From assembly GCA_963842535.1 (NCBI GenBank), contig CAWJGP010000008.1:26190-90189 (forward strand): a DNA stretch of 64,000 nt. The letters run 5' to 3'. The translations under genes were made by a program, and so were the position numbers. Every line of letters starts with the position of its first letter. Positions within the stretch are counted from its first letter, which is position 1. The DNA comes from an uncultured Actinomycetota bacterium. GTDB lineage: Bacteria; Actinomycetota; Actinomycetes; Propionibacteriales; Nocardioidaceae. Positions 57,347 through 64,000 of this stretch are shown piece by piece. Under the pieces are notes generated by a model, which worked only from the letters and a program-made list of their open reading frames with translations, did not search any database and was not told where the DNA came from.

Positions 57347-59230
57347 ATGCCCAAGCTTTCTGACGATCTTCTCGCCGAGTTCGACGCGTTCTACCTCGGC
57401 AGCCGCCGCCGGCTGGTTCTCGAGACCTACGCCCTGACGGGCGACCTCGCCGCTTCCCGGAACGCGGTCGGCGACGCCTTCGTGGCTGCCCGTCACCACT
57501 GGCGCAAGGTGGGCCGGCTGCCGGACCCGGAGGAATGGGTCCGACCACGTGCCTGGGCGATGGCCCAGCGGCGGCACGTGGCCCGGTTGTGGCGCCGGGA
57601 GAAGGGGCTGACCGAGGAGCAGAAGAGCGTGCTCGACGCTCTGCACCGGCTCCCGGACCAGCAGCGCAAGGTGCTCCTGCTCAGCCACCTGGCGGGCCTG
57701 AACGTCGCGGAGGTCGGCCGCGAGCTCGGTGAGACGCCGGCCCAGGTGGAGCATCTCCTCGCGGTCGCGACCAAGTCGTTCCGCCGCAGGACCGGCCGCA
57801 CGACGGAGGCCGCTGAGGCATTATCCGGGTCAGGCGACGGGGTGCTGAACGCGATCGAGTCGCTGGCGCCGATCGCCGAGGCCGCGGCACTCCCCCAGCC
57901 CGTCGCGATCCACCGCGGTGGCACCCGCCGCCGGCGGCTGCACGCAGTGGTCGGCGTCGCCGCACTCCTCGCCTTCACCCTCGTCTGCGGCACCTTCGTC
58001 GTTCGTGGCGGCGTCGATCAGCCCGCGTCCGCGGCGCCGGAGCGCACGCCGAGGCCGGTGACCGAGGCGATGATGCTGACCCCCGCGCAGGTACAGCCGC
58101 TGGCACCTCGCGAGCCGTGGCAGCTGCTCGACACCTCCGACAACACCTCGGGCACCGGCATCAACACGGTCTGCCAGGCCACCCGGTTCGCCGACCCTCA
58201 GGGCCGCGGGACGTTCGTCCGCACGTTCGCCGCCACCGGCGTACCCCGGCGCAACCTGCTCCAGACCGTCGAGATCTCGCGCACCCCCGAGGCCGCCGGC
58301 GCGGCGTACAAGACCACGTTGGGCTGGTTCGCGGGCTGCAGCGAGGCCCGGCTGCAGCTGCTCGGATCCTTCCGGGTGCGCGGGCTCGGTGAGGAGGCGC
58401 AGATGCTGAAGCTGCGCATCCCCAACGACGTACGCCGCACCTACGTCGTCGGGCTCGCCCGCACCGGCTTGCTGACTGTCTCGATGGTCCTGGAGACCCT
58501 CAACGGCCGACCCGTCGAGATCGCCCGCGCCGTGACGGCACTCACCGAGGCCGTGCGCAACGTGTGCGGCGCCGACCCGTCCGGTCCGTGCCCGGTCGCG
58601 GTCCGGGCCGCGCCGGTGCTGCCTCCACCCTCGGGCGAGACGCCGGGCACCCTGGCCGCCGCCGACCTGCCGGTAGTCGGCCGGGTCAACCGGCCCTGGG
58701 TCGGGACCCAGCCGGTGCCTGCGCGCCCCAACATCGCGGCGACCACCTGCGACAAGACCAACTTCCTCAAGGCCGGCGCGCCCGCGGCCGCGACCAGGAC
58801 GTTCCTGATCCCGCAGGCGAGGGTGTCCAAGCGCTTCGGCATCACCGAGACCTATGGCGCGTTCGCCACCCCGGCCCGGGCACGCGCTGTCGTGCGCGGC
58901 ATCTTGACCGACATGGCGACCTGCGAGAAGCGCGACCTCGGCGCCGAGGTCAGCAGCCAGGTTGTCCAGCCCGACGGGTACCGAGGGTCGGAGTACGCCC
59001 TGTGGCGCCTCGACAGCGAGATCAACAAGACCGCCTCCGTGGGGTTCTGGATGGGTGTGGCGCGGGTGGGCAGGTACGTTGCGCAGGTGAACTTCACGCC
59101 GGTCGGGAACAACGACATCGACGAGGTCACCTTCCAGGCGCTGATCTCGCGGGCACGCGACCGGCTCTTCGAGCTGACCGTCACCACACCATCGCAGGGC
59201 CCATCAGCGACCCCATCAACGGGCCCATGA
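57347..59230 (+). CDS. ECF sigma-factor-like N-terminus fused to one TM helix and two extracytoplasmic PknH-like sensor repeats
   Basis: Region 2-like FDAFY...YALTGD...DAF...DPEEWVR. Region 4-like ALHRLPDQQRKVLLL...VAEVGRELG. RRRRLH followed by a hydrophobic helix. Two Cys-paired repeats. Confidence 0.7.
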   Translation: MPKLSDDLLAEFDAFYLGSRRRLVLETYALTGDLAASRNAVGDAFVAARHHWRKVGRLPDPEEWVRPRAWAMAQRRHVARLWRREKGLTEEQKSVLDALHRLPDQQRKVLLLSHLAGLNVAEVGRELGETPAQVEHLLAVATKSFRRRTGRTTEAAEALSGSGDGVLNAIESLAPIAEAAALPQPVAIHRGGTRRRRLHAVVGVAALLAFTLVCGTFVVRGGVDQPASAAPERTPRPVTEAMMLTPAQVQPLAPREPWQLLDTSDNTSGTGINTVCQATRFADPQGRGTFVRTFAATGVPRRNLLQTVEISRTPEAAGAAYKTTLGWFAGCSEARLQLLGSFRVRGLGEEAQMLKLRIPNDVRRTYVVGLARTGLLTVSMVLETLNGRPVEIARAVTALTEAVRNVCGADPSGPCPVAVRAAPVLPPPSGETPGTLAAADLPVVGRVNRPWVGTQPVPARPNIAATTCDKTNFLKAGAPAAATRTFLIPQARVSKRFGITETYGAFATPARARAVVRGILTDMATCEKRDLGAEVSSQVVQPDGYRGSEYALWRLDSEINKTASVGFWMGVARVGRYVAQVNFTPVGNNDIDEVTFQALISRARDRLFELTVTTPSQGPSATPSTGP

Positions 59231-60396
59231 GCGGCTTCGAGCTGGAAGAGGGGCTGGTCTACCTCGACGGCAACTCGCTGGGCCCACCTCCCGCGGGCGT
59301 GGCGGAACGGCTGCAGGACGTGGTCCACCGGGAGTGGGGCAAGGGACTCATCCGCTCCTGGAACACCGCCAACTGGATCGAGCTGAGCCACCGGGTCGCC
59401 GCCAGGATCGCCCCGCTGATCGGGGTGCAGCCGGTCGACGTACACGTCGGCGACAGCACGAGCGTGACCCTGTTCAAGACCATGGTCGCCGCCGCGCGGA
59501 TGCGTCCCGACCGGCACGTGCTGGTCGTGGAGCCGTCCACCTTCCCGACGAACGGTTACATCGCCGCGGGTGTCGCCGACCTGATGGGTCTGGAGCTGCG
59601 CTGGTGCGACCCCGCGGACCCGCTGGCCGCGGTGGACGAGGACGTGGCGCTGCTCAGCCTGACCCACGTCGACTTCCGGACCGGGGCGATGTTCGACCTG
59701 GCCGGCATCACCGCCGGCGCGCAGGCACGCGGCGCGCTGATGCAGTGGGACCTGTGTCATTCGACCGGCGCGATGCCGATCGACCTCACCGGCGCCGGTG
59801 CTGACATCGCCGTCGGCTGTACCTACAAGTACCTCAACGGTGGCCCCGGCTCCCCGGCGTTCGTCTGGGTGGCGCCCGAGCACCAGGCCGATGCCCGGCA
59901 GCCGATCACCGGCTGGATGGGGCACGCGAACCCGTTCGCGATGGCGCGCACCCACACCCCGGTCGCGGGCATCGGCAGCTTCGCCTCCGGTACGCCGCCG
60001 GTGCTGGCGCTCTCCGCCCTCGAGGCGGCCCTCGAGGCGTTCGACGAGGTCAGCGTGGACGAGCTGCGGATCAGGTCGCTCGAGCTCACCGACCAGTTCA
60101 TGGCAGCTGTCGAGGAGCGGCTCCCCGGCGTCTTCGAGATCGTCACCCCGCGCGAGCACGCGCGCCGCGGCAGCCAGGTCTCCCTGCGCCACGACCAGGC
60201 GTACGGCGTGGTCCAGGCGCTGATCGCGCGAGACGTCGTCGGCGACTTCCGCGACCCCGACATCGCCCGCTTCGGCTTCGCCCCGCTCTACAACACCACC
60301 AACGACGTCCGGCTGGCCGTCGAGCGGCTCGAGGCCGTGATGGCGAACGAGGAGTACGCCGACCCGGCGTACTCCTCGCGCAATGCTGTTACTTAG
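59227..60396 (+). CDS. kynU: Kynureninase
   Basis: YLDGNSLG, DSTSV.LFK, WDLCHS.GA, PLP lysine in GCTYKYLNGGPG, GSQVS. ATGA overlap with the upstream gene. Confidence 0.93.
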   Translation: MSGFELEEGLVYLDGNSLGPPPAGVAERLQDVVHREWGKGLIRSWNTANWIELSHRVAARIAPLIGVQPVDVHVGDSTSVTLFKTMVAAARMRPDRHVLVVEPSTFPTNGYIAAGVADLMGLELRWCDPADPLAAVDEDVALLSLTHVDFRTGAMFDLAGITAGAQARGALMQWDLCHSTGAMPIDLTGAGADIAVGCTYKYLNGGPGSPAFVWVAPEHQADARQPITGWMGHANPFAMARTHTPVAGIGSFASGTPPVLALSALEAALEAFDEVSVDELRIRSLELTDQFMAAVEERLPGVFEIVTPREHARRGSQVSLRHDQAYGVVQALIARDVVGDFRDPDIARFGFAPLYNTTNDVRLAVERLEAVMANEEYADPAYSSRNAVT

Positions 60397-60409
60397 TCAC
60401 AGGAGTTGA

Positions 60410-60501
60410 CAAGTTTCACCGGTCGACCGGTGATTCCGGTCGTTGTACACCGAAACTTCACCCCACAACGTCAGGTTTCCCCGGCCGACCGGGGAAACCT
60501 G
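60410..60501. repeat. Tandem pair of related palindromes between convergent kynU and sucD
   Basis: TCACCGGTCGACCGGTGA (60416-60433, perfect palindrome) and CAGGTTTCCCCGG-CCGA-CCGGGGAAACCTG (60472-60501). Confidence 0.75.
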
Positions 60502-60514
60502 CAGCCGACCTGAC

Positions 60515-61423
60515 TTAGAGGCTCTCGAGGCCCTGCCCTTCAAGGATGGCCCGCATCAGCGAGGCTGTCTCGGAGGGCGTCTTGCCGACCTTGACCCCGG
60601 CCGCCTCGAGGGCTTCCTTCTTCGCCTGGGCGGTGCCCGAGGAGCCGGAGACGATCGCGCCGGCGTGGCCCATCGTCTTGCCCTCGGGGGCGGTGAAGCC
60701 GGCCACGTAGCCGACGACCGGCTTGGTCACGTGGTCGCGGATGTAGTCCGCGGCCCGCTCCTCGGCGTCGCCACCGATCTCGCCGATCATCACGATCGCC
60801 TTGGTGTCCGGGTCGTTCTCGAAGGCCTCGAGGGCGTCGATGTGCGAGGTGCCGATGACGGGGTCACCGCCGATGCCGATGGCGGTGGTGAAGCCGTAGT
60901 CCTTCAGCTCGAACATCATCTGGTAGGTCAGCGTGCCCGACTTCGAGACCAGGCCCACCGGGCCCTTGCCCGCGATGGTGTGCGGGGTGATGCCGGCGAG
61001 CGACTCCTCCGGGGTGATGATCCCCGGGCAGTTGGGCCCGATCATCCGGGTGCCCCCCTGGTTGCTGAGCCCATCCAGGTAGGCCCAGACCTCGGCCGAG
61101 TCCTGCACCGGCACGCCCTCGGTGATCACCACGAGCAGGCCGATGCCCGCGTCGATGGCCTCGATGCACGCGTCCTTGGTGAAGGCCGGCGGCACGAAGA
61201 CGACGGAGACGTCGGCTCCGGTCTCCGCCATCGCCTCCTTGACGCTCCCGAAGACGGGGAGGTCCTTGCCGCCGAGCTCGACCGACGTACCGGCCTTGCG
61301 GGCGTTGACGCCGCCGACGATGTTGGAGCCGGCCTCGACCATGAGGGTGGTGTGCTTGGAGCCCATGCCACCGGTCATGCCCTGGACGATGATCCTGGAG
61401 TCCTTGTTCAGGTAGATCGACAT
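60515..61423 (-). CDS. sucD: Succinyl-CoA ligase alpha subunit
   Basis: [41 protein letters not shown]. Confidence 0.97.
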   Translation of the reverse strand: MSIYLNKDSRIIVQGMTGGMGSKHTTLMVEAGSNIVGGVNARKAGTSVELGGKDLPVFGSVKEAMAETGADVSVVFVPPAFTKDACIEAIDAGIGLLVVITEGVPVQDSAEVWAYLDGLSNQGGTRMIGPNCPGIITPEESLAGITPHTIAGKGPVGLVSKSGTLTYQMMFELKDYGFTTAIGIGGDPVIGTSHIDALEAFENDPDTKAIVMIGEIGGDAEERAADYIRDHVTKPVVGYVAGFTAPEGKTMGHAGAIVSGSSGTAQAKKEALEAAGVKVGKTPSETASLMRAILEGQGLESL

Positions 61424-61436
61424 ACTTCTCTCCGTC

Positions 61437-62615
61437 TCAGGCGCTGTGTTGTTCGGAATGGGCCAGCTCGGCGGCCTTGTCGGCCGCGCCGTCCATGGTG
61501 TCCACCAGCGTCACCAGGGGGTGGTTGGCCTCGTCGAGGATCCGGCGCCCCTCCGCCACGTTGTTCCCGTCGAGGCGTACGACGAGCGGCTTGGTCGCCT
61601 CGTCGCCGAGGATGTCGAGGGCACCGACGATGCCGTTCGCCACCTCGTCACAAGCGGTGATGCCGCCGAAGACGTTGACGAAGACCGACTTGACCTGCTC
61701 GTCGTGGAGGATCACGTCGAGGCCGTTGGCCATCACCTCGGCGTTGGCGCCACCGCCGATGTCGAGGAAGTTGGCCGGGGTGACCCCGCCGTGCTTCTCG
61801 CCGGCGTACGCGACGACGTCCAGCGTGGACATGACCAGTCCGGCGCCGTTGCCGATGATGCCGACCGAGCCATCGAGCTTGACGTAGTTCAGGCCCTTCG
61901 CCTTGGCCTTGGCCTCCAGCGGGTCGGCCGCGTCCTTGTCCTCGAACGCGGCGTGGTCCTCGTGACGGAACTCCGCGTTCTCGTCGAGGGAGACCTTGCC
62001 GTCGAGCGCCTCGAGCTTGTCGCCCTCCAGTCTCGCCAAGGGGTTGACCTCGACCAGCGTGGCGTCCTCCTCGACGAAGACCGTCCACAGCTGCTGGACG
62101 AGCGAGATCGCCTGGTCACGGAGCTCGGCGGGGAACTCGGCCTCGTCGACGATCGCGGTCGCCTTGGCCTCGTCCACGCCGGTGCCTGCGTTGATCGGGA
62201 TCTTCTTGACCGCGTCGGGGTTGGTCTTGGCGACCTCCTCGATCTCCACGCCACCCTCGACCGAGGCGATGCACAGGTAGGACCGGTTGGAGCGGTCGAG
62301 CAGGAAGGAGAAGTAGTACTCGTCCTCGATCGACTCGGCCGGGACCACGAGCACGCGGTTGACCGTGAGCCCCTTGATCTCCATGCCGAGGATGTTCGAG
62401 GCGTGCTCCTCGGCTTCCTCGGGGGACTTGGCCAGCTTCACGCCGCCTGCCTTGCCACGGCCGCCGGCCTTGACCTGCGCCTTGACGACCACCGTGCCAC
62501 CGATCTCCTCGGCGGCGGCGCGGGCGTCGGCTGCTGTCTCGACGGTCTTGCCGAGGGTCACCGGCACACCATGCTTGGCGAAGAGCTCCTTCGCTTGGTA
62601 CTCCATCAGGTCCAC
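61437..62615 (-). CDS. sucC: Succinyl-CoA ligase beta subunit
   Basis: [52 protein letters not shown]. Confidence 0.97.
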   Translation of the reverse strand: MDLMEYQAKELFAKHGVPVTLGKTVETAADARAAAEEIGGTVVVKAQVKAGGRGKAGGVKLAKSPEEAEEHASNILGMEIKGLTVNRVLVVPAESIEDEYYFSFLLDRSNRSYLCIASVEGGVEIEEVAKTNPDAVKKIPINAGTGVDEAKATAIVDEAEFPAELRDQAISLVQQLWTVFVEEDATLVEVNPLARLEGDKLEALDGKVSLDENAEFRHEDHAAFEDKDAADPLEAKAKAKGLNYVKLDGSVGIIGNGAGLVMSTLDVVAYAGEKHGGVTPANFLDIGGGANAEVMANGLDVILHDEQVKSVFVNVFGGITACDEVANGIVGALDILGDEATKPLVVRLDGNNVAEGRRILDEANHPLVTLVDTMDGAADKAAELAHSEQHSA

Positions 62616-62744
62616 GGGTCAACCGCTCCTTATTGGCACTCGTCGGGTCCGTACGTCGGTCCGGGCACGCCCAGATTCCAGCGGGCGTCCGCTGCGCCTG
62701 ACCTTAGTCCCGAACGGCAGGCACCTTCCACGTAGGGTGCCTGC

Positions 62745-63641
62745 GTGAAACGCATCGAGACGCAGGTCACCCCGCGGGTCTCGCCTCCGGTCACCCTCGC
62801 GGTCACCGAGTACGGCGACCGGTCCGCGTCGACCCACGTGCTCCTGGTGCACGGCTTCCCGGACGACCAGCAGATGTGGGAGCCGGTCGTGGCCGCGCTG
62901 CCCGACGAGTGGCACGTGATCACCTATGACGTGCGCGGGTCCGGCCGCTCGACCCGACCGTTGGGCCGCGCCTCCTACCGCACCGAGGTGCTGGTCGAGG
63001 ACCTGATCGCCGTGCTCGACGCGACCTTGCCCGCCAGTGAGCGGGTCCACCTGGTCGGCCACGACTGGGGCTCGGTGGCCATGTGGGACGCGGTCGCCGC
63101 CGAGACCTGGGACCCCCGGCTCGAGGGTCGGCTGGCGTCGTACACCTCGGCCAGCGGACCACCGCTGGACCACCTGGCCAGCATGTCGGGAGGCTGGCGC
63201 GGGCAGCTGCGGATGCTGCCCCAGACCCTGCACAGCTGGTACGTCTGGCTGTTCCTGGTGCCCTGGCTGCCCGAGCGCGTGTGGGCACACTTCCAGTGGC
63301 TCGTCCGCCGGACCGCGCGCCGCCTGGACCCGACGATCGATCTGCTGCCGTGGGGACCCGACGTACGCCGCAACTCCCGCTACAGCCTGAACCTCTACCG
63401 GGCCAACGTCGTCTCCAGGCTCAGACGCCCTCTCCCCTGGCGTACGTCGATCCCGGTGCTGCTCGTCGTCGCGACGAAGGACGCCTGGCTCACCCCGGTC
63501 TCCGTGGCCGGGCTGGAGGCACGCTGCCGCGACCTGACCCGGGTGGAGGTCAACGAGGGCCACTGGCTGCCGCGGGCACGTCCGGTCGAGTTCGCCGACC
63601 TGGTCGCCGATTTCGTACGCCGCCACGGACGCCCAACGTGA
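62745..63641 (+). CDS. Alpha/beta-fold hydrolase (EphD N-domain-like)
   Basis: LVHGFPD, YDVRGSG, GHDWGS nucleophile elbow, C-terminal GHW. TAGGGT lies 6 nt upstream. Confidence 0.9.
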   Translation: MKRIETQVTPRVSPPVTLAVTEYGDRSASTHVLLVHGFPDDQQMWEPVVAALPDEWHVITYDVRGSGRSTRPLGRASYRTEVLVEDLIAVLDATLPASERVHLVGHDWGSVAMWDAVAAETWDPRLEGRLASYTSASGPPLDHLASMSGGWRGQLRMLPQTLHSWYVWLFLVPWLPERVWAHFQWLVRRTARRLDPTIDLLPWGPDVRRNSRYSLNLYRANVVSRLRRPLPWRTSIPVLLVVATKDAWLTPVSVAGLEARCRDLTRVEVNEGHWLPRARPVEFADLVADFVRRHGRPT

Positions 63642-63671
63642 CCCTGGGCGCGCCTGCCTCGTTGTAGTGGC

Positions 63672-64000
63672 ATGCCCACCCCACACACCGCACGGCTCAC
63701 CGCTGCCCTGACGACCGCCGCCCTGGCAACTGCCGGTCTCACGCTGGCCGGTGGCCACCAGGCCGCAGCGGCGGCCGCGGACACCACCCCGGGCTACAGC
63801 CTGGTTGCGCTGACCGTGCCGGTGAAGGTGGGCCCGAACAACGACCAGGCCTGCACGATCGACGCCGACCTCTACCTCCCGGATGGCACCAGCACCAGCC
63901 GCAAGGTCCCCGCGATCCTGGCCACCCACGGCTTCGGCGGCGACAAGGCCGACGACAACCAGACCGCCATCGGCAAGGGCTTCGTCGGCCAGGGCTACGC
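63672..64000 (+). CDS. Secreted CocE/NonD (peptidase S15)-like hydrolase, 5' part only
   Basis: Signal peptide ending in an Ala run, then CTIDADLYLP, AILATHGFGGDK, GQGY. Runs off the window edge. Confidence 0.7.
   Translation, partial: MPTPHTARLTAALTTAALATAGLTLAGGHQAAAAAADTTPGYSLVALTVPVKVGPNNDQACTIDADLYLPDGTSTSRKVPAILATHGFGGDKADDNQTAIGKGFVGQGY

Overview
High-GC actinobacterial chromosomal backbone, most like Nocardioidaceae (inferred from gene content and order). Left to right: birA / pccB-epsilon-maf; a surface-glycan island (GtrA, rmlA/D/C/B in alternating orientation, epimerase, two GT2s, methyltransferase); an acyl-CoA dehydrogenase; a nucleoside uptake and catabolism region (deoC, a two-gene ALDH16-like pair, P-loop kinase, add, deoA, a cytochrome P450, cdd, BMP-type ABC transporter); mutA-mutB-meaB; GT4, FkbM and PP2C genes; two different succinate dehydrogenase/fumarate reductase operons back to back; a CAP protein, 2H phosphoesterase, trpS, tandem GNAT and MFS; icd and mdh; folD-purH-purN-DUF6350; a sigma-factor/transmembrane/double-sensor fusion coupled to kynU; sucCD; two hydrolases. 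I found no rRNA, tRNA, CRISPR array or transposase. The best leads are (1) the membrane-anchored ECF sigma fusion, (2) a modular 32-bp-period palindromic MITE/REP-like family whose ends supply or abut stop codons, (3) a P450 with an EryF-type I-helix inside the nucleoside operon, (4) the divergent twin SDH operons and (5) a possible ATC start codon. Four conserved genes carry single-base frameshifts in short homopolymer runs, probably sequencing errors. All annotation comes from motif reading and recalled family knowledge; no database searches were run.
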